From: Kiritimatiellia bacterium
GTDB taxonomy: Bacteria > Verrucomicrobiota > Kiritimatiellia > RFP12 > UBA1067
Direction of reading: 5' to 3'
DNA: 64,000 nucleotides
NCBI GenBank assembly: GCA_050949565.1
Contig: JBMNFY010000017.1
Span: forward strand, 1,280,001-1,344,000
Shown here: positions 1-10,347 of the stretch, piece by piece
How positions within the stretch are numbered: the stretch's first letter is position 1
Layout of the letters: the number at the start of each line of letters is the position of its first letter
Position numbers and translations under genes: made by a program
The notes under the pieces: generated by a model
What the model saw: the letters and a program-made list of their open reading frames with translations, nothing else
Told to the model about the DNA's origin: nothing
Databases searched by the model: none

Positions 1-448
1 CTTCGCGGCCCTTGAGCGCGCCAGCCGCCGCGCGCAACGCTGCCGTGGCCTCTTCGCCCGGCACCTGCTCAATCGCCATGCGGGTCAGGAAGGCAATATT
101 CTCGTTGTCGCTCGTCAGATTTTTCTTGAGGGCCGCCACGCTTTTCGGCGAGGCGATCAACGCCAGCAGACGGCAGATAAAACCGTAGCCCGCCTCGGTA
201 CACGCCTCGTCAGCCGCGCACTTCAGCAGCTTCTCTTCGAACCCCGGATGCTGCGACGGATCGGCATCCAGAATCATGCGCTCGATCGTCGAGACCATCG
301 TACGGTCATCGCCATAGTCGAGGGTAGCGATCACGCTCCACGGATCGACCGTCATGTTGAAACTCTTATACCGTGCATCCGCCGTCTGTCCGGCCAACGG
401 ATCACTCGCAGCGCGCTGCCCGTCAGACACAATGGTTTTCTTGCTCAT
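1..448 (-). CDS. HEAT-repeat-like protein (partial, runs off window start)
   Basis: Manually translated open frame from ATG at 448 (MSKKTIVSDG...FICRLLALIASPKSVAALKKNL...RMAIEQVPGEEATAALRAA), preceded by a GGAGG-like RBS; helical HEAT/PBS-type pattern. Confidence 0.6.
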   Translation of the reverse strand, partial: MSKKTIVSDGQRAASDPLAGQTADARYKSFNMTVDPWSVIATLDYGDDRTMVSTIERMILDADPSQHPGFEEKLLKCAADEACTEAGYGFICRLLALIASPKSVAALKKNLTSDNENIAFLTRMAIEQVPGEEATAALRAAAGALKGRE

Positions 449-639
449 CCGCTTCCCTCCGTAACTTGAAACTAGGCGTACATGATACCACACCTACCCG
501 CCCGCTCCCATCATATTTGCTTTCCGTTTTTTTGCCAGTCGGTTACCCTTCCCGTGTTTGCTGTGATCAGTAGGAAAAGTTATCAATCTGAGTCGTGACT
601 TTCAGAGGTATGCACCTTCGGGAAAGGAGTGACGTGCAA

Positions 640-2073
640 ATGGGAAAGGTACTGCCGGCAATGACGACACGTCGTAATTTTTTGGGATCGTTCGGTGTAT
701 TCACGGCGGCGAGTGCGATGGGGCCCGCGATGCGGGCGTTTGCGAAGGTAACGGAGTCGCTCTCGCCGTTGCCCGCTTATTGGCAGCCGCATCTCGCGGC
801 GGTCGCCGCGAAGGTAAACGCCCACGCGCAGACGGCACCGTTCGGGTTCTGGTTTATCACCGACCTGCATGTCGGCGCAAACAGGCGTCATTCGGGCGCG
901 GCACTTGTCGCGCTGAACGGCATGACGCCGCTGAAGACGATCGTGTGCGGCGGCGATCTGGTAGAGGCGTTCGCCACAAAATACCCCACGGACAAAGAGG
1001 GCGTCGATTTTGCCATCAACGCTTACCGCTCGTTCTGGATCGATCCTGTCGAGGCCGTGGGCATGGATGTCTATACGGCGAAGGGCAATCACGACTTCAC
1101 CATCCGCCATGATTCAGAGTCGGACGCGGGCTTCACCTATTCGGGTGAGGAGGCGCGAAAGTTCATCATGGGCTCGAAGGCCTGCGCACGTGCGGTAACG
1201 AACACGGACGATCCCACGGCGTGTTACTACTATCAGGACTTCGCCGAGGCGAAGATCCGCCTCATCGTGGCGGATACGACGGACACGGTGAACCCGAAGG
1301 CCGCATTCTGGGGCGTCGTCTTCGGCATGCACGATGTACAACTCCACTGGCTCGCGGAACGGGCTTTCGCCACGATTCCGTCCGGCTGGGGTGCCGTCGT
1401 GGCGCACCACATCCCGATCGCATCCTGCGTGGCCAGCACGGGTGATCATACGAGATACACACCGTTCCGTGAGTTGCTGGAGGCGTATCAGAACCGCACC
1501 ACATGCACGCTTCACGGGAAAACGTTTGATTTCACGCACGCCGCAGGACGTATCCTCCTTGACATCACGGGGCACCTCCACCATGAATGCCAGACGTTCC
1601 GCAAAGGCATCCTTCACGTGTCGGAACCCTGCGACGCCGCGTATAGCGACTACATCATGCGTTCACGGCCGTGGTGCGGCGAACTGCCGCGTAAAACGGC
1701 CGGGACGACTGCCGAGCAGACATTCGGTGCCGTGCAGATCGACGCTGTCCGCAATCTCGTCCACTTTACGCGCGTAGGCGGTGGGCAGGACCGCACCATT
1801 CATCTCACACCACGCACAACGACTGTCGGGAAGCCCCTCGTGTTCGAGTCCAAACATCTGAAAGGTCCGCTCACATGGGGTTGCTACGATGCAGACGACA
1901 GGACGAAGAAGCGCGATCCTCATTCCAAGTACAACGTATCGTTCGTCTACCACAATCGCGTGGCCACCATCTCGCCCGATGGCGTCCTCACAGCGTTAGT
2001 CCCCGGCGAGACGATGGTTCTTGCCATGGACGCGCATCTCAATAAAGAAGTCTTTCCGGTGACGGTTGAGTGA
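640..2073 (+). CDS. Tat-exported calcineurin-like metallophosphoesterase with C-terminal Ig-like segment
   Basis: TRRNFL Tat motif; TDLH, GGD, GNHD, HH and GHLH metallophosphoesterase motifs; AAGGAG RBS before ATG 640. Confidence 0.85.
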   Translation: MGKVLPAMTTRRNFLGSFGVFTAASAMGPAMRAFAKVTESLSPLPAYWQPHLAAVAAKVNAHAQTAPFGFWFITDLHVGANRRHSGAALVALNGMTPLKTIVCGGDLVEAFATKYPTDKEGVDFAINAYRSFWIDPVEAVGMDVYTAKGNHDFTIRHDSESDAGFTYSGEEARKFIMGSKACARAVTNTDDPTACYYYQDFAEAKIRLIVADTTDTVNPKAAFWGVVFGMHDVQLHWLAERAFATIPSGWGAVVAHHIPIASCVASTGDHTRYTPFRELLEAYQNRTTCTLHGKTFDFTHAAGRILLDITGHLHHECQTFRKGILHVSEPCDAAYSDYIMRSRPWCGELPRKTAGTTAEQTFGAVQIDAVRNLVHFTRVGGGQDRTIHLTPRTTTVGKPLVFESKHLKGPLTWGCYDADDRTKKRDPHSKYNVSFVYHNRVATISPDGVLTALVPGETMVLAMDAHLNKEVFPVTVE

Positions 2074-2120
2074 AAACCTGATACCATCCTTTCTGGTAAA
2101 TGCCGAGGGAGGATTGAACA

Positions 2121-3146
2121 ATGTCTGAGAATCCGGGACCCGCACAGGGCGACGTTGCCGCAATCGCGTCAATGCGTGAGCGGTGTGCATGTATGAAAGA
2201 ACAACTGGCGCGCGTGATCGTGGGCCAGGACAAGGTAATCGAAGAGGTCTTGATCGCGGTCTTCAGCCGTGGCCACGCGCTGCTGGTCGGCGTACCGGGG
2301 GTCGCCAAGACCTTGCTGGTCAGCACAATCAGCCGCGCGCTGGATCTGAGTTTCAAGCGCATCCAGTTCACGCCTGACCTGATGCCGAGCGACATCACCG
2401 GTACGGATGTTTTGGAGGAGGACCACACGACCGGACGTCGCACGTTCCGTTTCGTCAAGGGTCCGATCTTCGCCAACATGGTGCTGGCTGACGAGATCAA
2501 CCGTACACCGCCCAAAACCCAGGCGGCGCTACTGGAAGCGATGCAGGAGCACCGGGTTACAGTCGGCGGCGTGAACTACGCGCTGCCCGAGCCGTTTTTC
2601 GTGCTGGCTACGCAGAACCCGATTGAGCAGGAGGGGACCTATCCGCTGCCCGAAGCACAGCTCGACCGCTTCCTCTTCAACATCATTGTCGATTATCCGG
2701 CCAAGGAGGAGGAGAGCACGATCATCCGCCAAGTGACCGGACCGCAGAGCGCGACAGTGGATAAGGTCTTGGACGCCGCGCAGGTCTTGGAGATGCAGGA
2801 ACTGGTGCGGCGTGTGCCGGTGGCGGAACACGTCATCGATTTCGCGCGCGATCTGGCGCGCGCCACCCGTCCCGCCCAGCCCGAGGCACCGGATTTCGTG
2901 CGCGAGATGGTCGCCTGGGGCGCGGGTCCGCGTGCGGGCATCAGCCTGATCACGGCGGCCAAGACGCGCGCGGCGATCCACGGACGCACCCACGCCACCA
3001 CGGTGGATGTCGCGGCGGTGGCCTATCCGGTGTTGCGTCACCGCGTGCTCACCACCTTCAATGCCGAAGCGGCCGGCATCAAGAGCGAGACGATCATCGC
3101 CCGGTTGCTGGAGCGCCTACGCCCCTCTGAAGATCTGGACGTGTAA
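2121..3146 (+). CDS. moxR: MoxR-family AAA+ ATPase
   Basis: GVPGVAKT Walker A, RIQFTPDLMPSDITG, LADEINRTPPKTQAALLEAMQE, ATQNPIEQEGTYPLPEAQLDRF. Confidence 0.95.
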   Translation: MSENPGPAQGDVAAIASMRERCACMKEQLARVIVGQDKVIEEVLIAVFSRGHALLVGVPGVAKTLLVSTISRALDLSFKRIQFTPDLMPSDITGTDVLEEDHTTGRRTFRFVKGPIFANMVLADEINRTPPKTQAALLEAMQEHRVTVGGVNYALPEPFFVLATQNPIEQEGTYPLPEAQLDRFLFNIIVDYPAKEEESTIIRQVTGPQSATVDKVLDAAQVLEMQELVRRVPVAEHVIDFARDLARATRPAQPEAPDFVREMVAWGAGPRAGISLITAAKTRAAIHGRTHATTVDVAAVAYPVLRHRVLTTFNAEAAGIKSETIIARLLERLRPSEDLDV

Positions 3147-3209
3147 GCCACCGCGCCCGTGCGCAACGGACCGCGCGCGGCGCACCCCGTCTGCCGACGC
3201 CTCCTTACA

Positions 3210-4127
3210 ATGAGCACACCTTCCTACATGCGATTTTTGCCACCCGAGACGCTGGCCAAGCTCGGCCGCTGCGAACTGTCGGCGCGCGGTGTGGTCGAGG
3301 GGTTCATCTCCGGCAGGCACAAGAGCCCCTTCAAAGGCTTCTCGGTCGAGTTTGCCGAACACCGGCAATACACGCCCGGTGACGATCTGCGCAATCTGGA
3401 TTGGCGCGTGCTCGCCCGCAAGGACCGTTACTTCATCAAGCAGTACATCGACGAGACCAACATGCGCGTCACGCTACTATTGGACGCCTCGGGTTCGATG
3501 GCTTACGCTGGCGATGAGGCCGCGCCGCGCGATGGCCGGCCGCTCTCGAAACTCGCCTACGCGCAGTACATTGCGGCGATGCTCGGCTACCTGCTGGTCA
3601 ACCAGCAGGACGCCGCCGGGCTCGTCACCTTCGACACCGCGCTGCGCACCTACCTGCCGGCCCGTGCGCGGGCCAGCCAAGTGCGCAGCATCCTTGAAAC
3701 GCTGGATCAGACCGAACCGGGCGGCGAGACCGCCTTGGCAAAGATTTTTCACGACATCGCGGAACGCATTCCGCGTCGCGGCATGGTGGTGATCCTCAGC
3801 GACCTGTACGACGATCCCGCCGCGCTCATTCAGGCGCTGCACCACTTCCGTTACCGCCGCCACGAGGTGTTGCTCTTTCACATCGTCGCCGAAGAGGAGC
3901 TGACCTTTCCCTTTGAGTCGTACACCAAATTCCAAGACTTGGAGTGCGCCGACAACCGTCTGCCGATCGATCCGCGCACCATCCGCGCGACCTACCTGAC
4001 ACGCATGCGCGCGTTCCTAGATGAGATCGAAGCGGCATGCGGCCGCCTCAAGATTGATTACGTGCGCATGAACACGCGCGTACCGTACGATCAAGCGTTA
4101 GCGGAATACCTGTCATTGAGGAACTAG
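3210..4127 (+). CDS. DUF58 domain protein (MoxR-associated, VWA-like)
   Basis: GRHKSPFKGFSVEFAEHRQYTPGDDLRNLDW and LLDASGSM; follows moxR. Confidence 0.92.
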   Translation: MSTPSYMRFLPPETLAKLGRCELSARGVVEGFISGRHKSPFKGFSVEFAEHRQYTPGDDLRNLDWRVLARKDRYFIKQYIDETNMRVTLLLDASGSMAYAGDEAAPRDGRPLSKLAYAQYIAAMLGYLLVNQQDAAGLVTFDTALRTYLPARARASQVRSILETLDQTEPGGETALAKIFHDIAERIPRRGMVVILSDLYDDPAALIQALHHFRYRRHEVLLFHIVAEEELTFPFESYTKFQDLECADNRLPIDPRTIRATYLTRMRAFLDEIEAACGRLKIDYVRMNTRVPYDQALAEYLSLRN

Positions 4128-4143
4128 AACCTTACACCGCATC

Positions 4144-7038
4144 ATGCTGTTTCTCCATCCATATTTGCTGCTGGGACTGACCGGGATCGCGATCCCGGTG
4201 ATCATCCATTTGTTCAACCGGCGCAATGCACGGGAGATCAAATGGGGCGCGATGCGCTTCTTGATGGACAGCCTGATGAGCCGCCGCCGCAGTTTGTTGT
4301 TGGAAGAGATGTTGTTGCTGGCCGCGCGTTGCCTGATTGTCGGTTGCGCGGTGTTGGCCATGGCGCGTCCGTTCGTGCCAGCCGGCTCCTCTTTCCCCTG
4401 GTGGCTCGTGCTGCCGCTGGGGCTGCTGGGCATCGTCTTCTTCGGCATGAGTTTCGCACTGGGCCGTTACCGCCGCTGGCAAGTGCTGGCGTGGCTGGCG
4501 TGCCTACTCTGTTTGGGGTTGAGCGCCGCAGCGATCCTGTTGGAAAAACATCTCAGCCTTGGCCGCTTCACCGGTGGCGCCGCGCGTGACGTAGCGTTGG
4601 TCATCGACGGCTCTTCATCCATGACGCTGGAGGTGAACGGCGAGAGCAACTTCAACCGCGCACTGAAAGAGGCCGCGCGTTTGGTCGAGGAAGCGCCGCG
4701 CGGCGTGGCGTTCAGCGTGATCGTGGCTGGCGCGGTGCCGGACCCGCTCGTGCCCGCACCGGTCACCGACCGCAAGTACGTGCAGGCCGCGCTGGAACAG
4801 GCGATTCCGGTTCACGGTGTGTTGCGCGCGCCCGACGCACTTGCCGCCGCAGCCGCATCGCTGGCACAGGGCAACCAAGCCACCAAGCAGATCATCCTGA
4901 TTGGCGACGGCCAGTCCGTAGGATGGCAGACCGACGACCTCGAAAGCTGGCGGTTTCTGGACGAGGCCTTCGCGCATCTGCCCGCCAAGCCACGTATCTT
5001 CGTGCGCGTGCTGGACCTGCCGCAAGGCATCCGCAACCTGACCCTCAAAGACGTCGCCTTTTCGCGACCGGTAGTCGGCACGGACCGCGATGTACGCATC
5101 GATGTAACGCTGGCCAATACCGGCCGCGAGGCGGTCACCCCCGCCCGCGTCGTGTTGCGCGCGGGTGATTCTGAGAAGGTCGATCGCTCGGTGGGACAGA
5201 TGGAGCCGGACAGCGAGCGCGTGGTCTCCTTCATGCACCGGTTCGACACGCCCGGCGCACAGGTCGTCGAGGCGCAGGTCGTTGCGGAGGACGAACTCGC
5301 CTCGGACGATATCATGCGCCGCGTGATTCAGGTCATGCGCACGCTCAAGGTGCTGGTGGTGGATGACGGCCGCGCTGTGCGACTGTTTGACCGTGCCGGC
5401 GGGTATGTGGCGCTGGGGCTGATGCCCTCGACCAAGGAGTTGCTGCGCGACGAGTCAAAACGCGGCACGGCTCCTGAACGTGCGCGTTTTCTGATGGAGC
5501 CGGAGTTGACGGCGGTGAGCGGGCTGGGGCTTAAGCGTACGCTCACCGGATACGCAGTAGCGGTGCTGGCCGATGTGCCGTCGCTACCCGCCGAGCAGGC
5601 CGCGCAACTCGCCGACTTCGTGCGTCGCGGCGGCAGCCTGCTGTTGATCCATGGTGCGCGTGCCGATCCGGCGTTTTTCAACAACTGGCAGAGCGAGGGC
5701 GAGCCGGTCGCGCCGCTGGCGCTCGGTGCGTGTGTGACCGTGCCCGCCACCAACGCGCAGGCCGCCGTCAGGATTGCGCCCGACACCTTCCGCCATCCCG
5801 CGCTGGCGCTTTTCCGCGAATCCGGCGACTTGGCCGATGCCGTGATCGAGTGCTACCGCCAAGCGCTGGAAAGTAACGAGGTGGCCGGAGTAGTCGGCCG
5901 TCTGCAAAATGGTAACGCCTTTCTGGCGGAGCGTGCGCTCGGCAGAGGGCGCGTGGCACAGCTCTTCGTGCCGCTGGACCGCACGGCCGGCAATCTGGTG
6001 GTGCGCCACTCTTTCTTGCCGCTGATCCAAGAACTCACCGCCTACCTCGCGCAACCGGTGGTCGCCACGCTGAACATTCCGCCCTCGCGCGGCGCGGTGG
6101 TGCAGCTCTCTTCACCTGCGTTGACGCATCTCAGCGGCAACGGACTCTACGCCGAATATTTCAGAAAAAATGACCCGAAGAAAATCCTGCTCACGCGCGT
6201 AGACCCGACACTGGACTTCTCGTGGGGTACGCATGCGCCGGCCGAGGGGCTACCCGCCGACCACTTCTCGGTGCGCTGGAGCGGTTCGTTCGTGCCGCGC
6301 CAGAGCGGGACATACACCTTCACGGTGCGGGCGGACGATCGCATCAACCTCAAAATCGGCGCGTACAAGGTGAGCACCGCCTCGTTCGACCAGCAACAAG
6401 AACTACGCGGCACCTTCACGGCGGGAGAACGGTATCCGCTCACAGCGTTGCTCACGGAAGACCAAGGCGAGGCTGGGGTTTGGGTTGACATGGAAGGACC
6501 GGGCTTTCCCCGCGCACGCCTGCCGGGTGACTGGCTGATACCGGTGCGCGGCGCGGTTGATTCATGGGCGGAGGCGGTGGATACGCAGGTGCGGGCGCCA
6601 GGCGGACGTACCCTGTACGCCAAAATCCGCAGCGGCGAGGAGGGACTCGCGCTGCGCACCGACAGCCCGCTGATGCAGGGCCTCTACGAGGTGGCAGTGC
6701 CGACGGCCGCAGCCGGTTGGCTGGGGCATCTTGCCAGTACCAACGACACGTTCCCGATTTGTGTGACTGAAAACCCCGCCGAGAGCCGCCTCGACGCGCT
6801 GACCCCGGATGAACAGGCGATCATCCTGCGTCAGGCTGATATCACCGTGGCGCGCTCGTTCGATGACTTGCGGAGTGCGCTGCGCGGCAAAACCTTCGGA
6901 CGTGAGTTGTGGCGTATCCCGGCATTCGTACTGTTCGTCCTCCTGCTTCTGGAGGCGTTTCTGACACGCTGGATCTGCATCCAGCGCAAGACCGGCGAGG
7001 AGGTGGGCGGAGCAGAGCACGCCCCGCAAAAAAGTTAA
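4144..7038 (+). CDS. BatA N-terminal / VWA / PA14-domain membrane protein
   Basis: N-terminal IPVIIHLFNRR...WGAMRFL (BatA double TM), DGSSSM MIDAS motif, PA14-like LDFSWG...DHFSVRWSG, C-terminal RELW-TM. Confidence 0.85.
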   Translation: MLFLHPYLLLGLTGIAIPVIIHLFNRRNAREIKWGAMRFLMDSLMSRRRSLLLEEMLLLAARCLIVGCAVLAMARPFVPAGSSFPWWLVLPLGLLGIVFFGMSFALGRYRRWQVLAWLACLLCLGLSAAAILLEKHLSLGRFTGGAARDVALVIDGSSSMTLEVNGESNFNRALKEAARLVEEAPRGVAFSVIVAGAVPDPLVPAPVTDRKYVQAALEQAIPVHGVLRAPDALAAAAASLAQGNQATKQIILIGDGQSVGWQTDDLESWRFLDEAFAHLPAKPRIFVRVLDLPQGIRNLTLKDVAFSRPVVGTDRDVRIDVTLANTGREAVTPARVVLRAGDSEKVDRSVGQMEPDSERVVSFMHRFDTPGAQVVEAQVVAEDELASDDIMRRVIQVMRTLKVLVVDDGRAVRLFDRAGGYVALGLMPSTKELLRDESKRGTAPERARFLMEPELTAVSGLGLKRTLTGYAVAVLADVPSLPAEQAAQLADFVRRGGSLLLIHGARADPAFFNNWQSEGEPVAPLALGACVTVPATNAQAAVRIAPDTFRHPALALFRESGDLADAVIECYRQALESNEVAGVVGRLQNGNAFLAERALGRGRVAQLFVPLDRTAGNLVVRHSFLPLIQELTAYLAQPVVATLNIPPSRGAVVQLSSPALTHLSGNGLYAEYFRKNDPKKILLTRVDPTLDFSWGTHAPAEGLPADHFSVRWSGSFVPRQSGTYTFTVRADDRINLKIGAYKVSTASFDQQQELRGTFTAGERYPLTALLTEDQGEAGVWVDMEGPGFPRARLPGDWLIPVRGAVDSWAEAVDTQVRAPGGRTLYAKIRSGEEGLALRTDSPLMQGLYEVAVPTAAAGWLGHLASTNDTFPICVTENPAESRLDALTPDEQAIILRQADITVARSFDDLRSALRGKTFGRELWRIPAFVLFVLLLLEAFLTRWICIQRKTGEEVGGAEHAPQKS

Positions 7039-7040
7039 CG

Positions 7041-9776
7041 ATGAATGATGTGCGCATAGATCTGTTGCCGCCAGAAATCGCCACGTGGTTGGTGGCGCTG
7101 ATGATGGTGATCGCGATTGCGATCAGCTTCGGCGTACGGACGCTGACCGAACGTTTCCGCGCGCGGTTGCCGCGTCTGGCGGTGATTCTGCCGCGCGCGT
7201 TCGCGGCGGTGGCGGCGGCGTGGTTCCTGTTGCAGCTTATCGGCCGCGTGGCGACGTACGCCTGTCCGTGGCCGCTGTGGGTCGCCGCCCTGATGCTGGG
7301 GCTCGGCGTCGAGTGCGTGCTGGCCTGCTTCCGCCGCGAACGCCAGGCACTGTCGCCACGGCTGGGCAAGCTGATCCCGCTGCTGCGCACCACGGCAGTG
7401 GCGGTAACGGCGTTGATCCTGATGCAGCCAGTGCTGGTGCGCTCGACCGACAAACGAATCACGCGCCGCGTCGCCGTGCTGGTAGACGGGTCGGCCTCGA
7501 TGCGGTTCACGGACCGGCAGTGGACACCGCTTGAGCGGTTGCAATGGGCGGCCCATGTTGGCGCACTCGGAGCGGAACAACAGGCCGCGCTGACCAACGC
7601 AGCGACGGATGCGGGAGCGCTTTGGGACTCCCTGCCCGAGACGGCGCGTGCGGAGGTAAACGTATTTTGCGAAACCACGCGCGTCGCGCTGGCGTGCGCG
7701 ATGTTGACGCAGCCGGTCGCAGCCGGAGTGCCGTTCCTGGAGACGCTGGGCAACCGTTACGATCTGAGCCTCTTTACTGTCGGGCGTGGACTCTCCTGGG
7801 CGACCGAAGCCGACCTGCACGCCGGTCTGGCCCCGACTGGCACGCTGTCATTTGCGGAGCGTCACTTCCAAGGCGCGACCGACCTCACAGCCGCGCTGGA
7901 AGGCGTCCTCAAGGAGATTCCTTCTGAACACTTGGCGGGCGTGTTGCTAATAAGCGACGGCCTGCACAACGCCGACACCTCGGTGTTGCCGGTGACACGG
8001 CGCTTCGGCGCGCAGGGCGCACCCATTTGCGGCGTCATGGTCGGCGGCACGCGGTTGCCGTTTGATGTGGCACTGGCCGATGTGGCCGCGCCGGAATCGG
8101 TGTTCCTCGGAGATCGCGTGCGGATGGTCGCGTCGGTGCGGGCGACCGGTGCGTCGGGCCGCACGATCAAGGTCGCGCTGCTGTGCGAAACCAACGTGGT
8201 CGAAGAGCAGGAGTGGAAGATTACGTCGGACGATTGGCAACGCGAGATCCGGTTGGCGCATGAGCCGACGACCAACGGCGTAGTGTGCTATACAGTACGA
8301 GCCGAAACGCTCGAAGGAGAATTGTTTGACGACAACAACGTCTGGCGCGCCGACGTGGCGGTCAGCGATGACCGCATCAATGTGCTGCTGGTGGATCACG
8401 CGCCGCGCTGGGAGTTCCGTTATTTGCGCAATCTCTTTTTCGGGCGCGACAAATCGGTGCATCTCCAGTCTTGGCTGGTTCAGCCCGATCAAGTGTCCGG
8501 CGGGGCGACGGTCGAGTTGCCGCCGGCTTCGGCGGGGCGCAAGTTCGGCGACGCCGAGTCGGGGGGCTGGCCGAAGGGGCGCGAGGAGTGGCGCGCGTTT
8601 GACGTGATCATTCTGGGCGACCTGAACCCGCAGACGCTGACGCCGCAGGTGCAGGAGGAGATCCGCGCTTGTGTGGCCGACCGTGGCGCGTTGCTGGTGC
8701 TGATCGGTGGACCGCGGGCCATGCCGCACGCCTTCGCGCCGGATTCGCCGCTCGCTGCGCTCGCACCGTTCACAGTGCGCGAGCGGGCCGATTACTGGCA
8801 GGGGCCCGAAGCGACGTTCCGATTGCAGCTCACGCCGACCGGACAGAGACACCCGGTGATGGTGCAGTCCGGCAGTCTCTCCGAAAATGAAGAGGTGTGG
8901 GCCGCACTGCCGCCGTTTGACTGGCGGCTGCCCGTGACGGCGAAGCAGGGCGCCGAAGTTCTGGCCGTGGCACTGCCCGAGGACGGCGAGCGCGAACAGG
9001 TCCTAACCGATGTACGTCAAGCGGCCGAACATTTGGAAGCCGTCATGCAGCATCGCGCGCGCCACGCCGTGATCGTGTCGCAACGGGTGGGACGCGGCAA
9101 AGTGTTGGGGCTGGCGTTTGACCGCACTTGGCGTCTGCGATATCGTACGGGCGACACGCGCCATCATCGCTTTTGGGGGCAGGTCATGCGTTGGGGATTG
9201 GGTGAACGTCTGCGTGCCGGAAGCGAGCGTTTCCGCGCCGGAACCGACCGTCTGGTGTACGGCCCCGATGATCCGGTAATCGTGATGGCGCGCGTGCTGA
9301 ATGAAGATTTTTCGGGAGTCGCCGACGCGCGACTCGAAGCGGTGTTGCGCAATGCCGATGGGAACGAAATCACACGCACGGCTCTGACGCCGCGCGCTGA
9401 CTCACACGGTTTTTACGAGGCCACGCTGCCGCCGCAAACGCAGCCCGGCGCGATCGACCTTGAGGTGGTGCGACTGGATACGGTCGCGCCCGAGCGAATC
9501 GAAACCGCTATTCTGGTGACGGCCTCGCGGCGTCCCATCGAAATGGGCACGGTGCGTCCATCGCGCGATACGTTAGAGGCGCTGGCGAAAGGCACCGGTG
9601 GCCGTGTGGTGACGCCCGACCGGCTGACGGAATTGACCGAGGCCTTCGGCGAAGGTCGGGGCACGGTACAGGAGCGACGTGAGATCGCACTCTGGAATCA
9701 TCCGCTGGTGCTGCTCCTGCTGGCACTGCTCCTGACGACCGAATGGCTGCTGCGCAAACGCGGGGGGTTGGCCTAA
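7041..9776 (+). CDS. VWA-domain membrane protein with glutamine-amidotransferase-like domain (MoxR operon)
   Basis: N-terminal TMs, DGSASM MIDAS, LISDG, PRWEFRYLRN, FDVIILGD, RTWRLR...HHRFWGQ, C-terminal LWNHP...EWLLRKR. Confidence 0.85.
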   Translation: MNDVRIDLLPPEIATWLVALMMVIAIAISFGVRTLTERFRARLPRLAVILPRAFAAVAAAWFLLQLIGRVATYACPWPLWVAALMLGLGVECVLACFRRERQALSPRLGKLIPLLRTTAVAVTALILMQPVLVRSTDKRITRRVAVLVDGSASMRFTDRQWTPLERLQWAAHVGALGAEQQAALTNAATDAGALWDSLPETARAEVNVFCETTRVALACAMLTQPVAAGVPFLETLGNRYDLSLFTVGRGLSWATEADLHAGLAPTGTLSFAERHFQGATDLTAALEGVLKEIPSEHLAGVLLISDGLHNADTSVLPVTRRFGAQGAPICGVMVGGTRLPFDVALADVAAPESVFLGDRVRMVASVRATGASGRTIKVALLCETNVVEEQEWKITSDDWQREIRLAHEPTTNGVVCYTVRAETLEGELFDDNNVWRADVAVSDDRINVLLVDHAPRWEFRYLRNLFFGRDKSVHLQSWLVQPDQVSGGATVELPPASAGRKFGDAESGGWPKGREEWRAFDVIILGDLNPQTLTPQVQEEIRACVADRGALLVLIGGPRAMPHAFAPDSPLAALAPFTVRERADYWQGPEATFRLQLTPTGQRHPVMVQSGSLSENEEVWAALPPFDWRLPVTAKQGAEVLAVALPEDGEREQVLTDVRQAAEHLEAVMQHRARHAVIVSQRVGRGKVLGLAFDRTWRLRYRTGDTRHHRFWGQVMRWGLGERLRAGSERFRAGTDRLVYGPDDPVIVMARVLNEDFSGVADARLEAVLRNADGNEITRTALTPRADSHGFYEATLPPQTQPGAIDLEVVRLDTVAPERIETAILVTASRRPIEMGTVRPSRDTLEALAKGTGGRVVTPDRLTELTEAFGEGRGTVQERREIALWNHPLVLLLLALLLTTEWLLRKRGGLA

Positions 9777-9915
9777 CGGCCAATGACAGGGGGGCGCGAA
9801 GTTCACGCGTTTCTGGTGAAAAGGAGCAGAGAGTCGGGATCGGGCGTCCTCGTCCGCACTGTGGATGGCCGCGCGCGATTCAGATGCGCGGTTGGGATTT
9901 CAAGAAGGGTGCGTA

Positions 9916-10347
9916 TCACTCTTTTACCCTGTAAGCGGCGTGAACAACCGAGCGCGCATCTGGAGTGAGTTGAAACGGGTCGTTTGTCGACACAACATAC
10001 CAGTTGTCGGGATCCACCTGCGGCGGCGCGTCAAAGAACACAAGCGAGCCCATCTCCACGGTGATGTTGGCCTGAGCGAACCTTTCCTTGGCCAGCGTGA
10101 CCTGCACGAGCGCGGACAGCGTGTCGATGCAGGCGACACCGTTGGTGCGCATGATCGCCACATCGACGCCCACGGACTTGACGTTCACGCCGACCGGAGC
10201 GCTGAATACATTGGTCTGCCCTCACCCGTCGACGTACGACCCGCACACGCTGCTCGATAGTTGCGACAGGAAGAGGCGGTTGGTCGAGTCCGGCGCGACA
10301 CCGTACGCGGTCGAGTCGAAAGCCGCGAATGTGTGACTTCTTATCAT
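9916..10347 (-). pseudogene. Interrupted orphan fragment resembling part of a large secreted protein
   Basis: Frame MIRSHTFAAFDSTAYG...SYVDG*GQTNVFSAPVGVNVKSVGVDVAIMRTNG...KERFAQANITV...VKE* has an internal TGA; its ATG overlaps the stop of the upstream gene; no signal peptide. Confidence 0.5.

Noticed and set aside
10222-10224. Selenocysteine or recoded TGA in the orphan fragment
   Set aside because: There is no Cys/redox context or evident SECIS, and other genes use TGA as a normal stop
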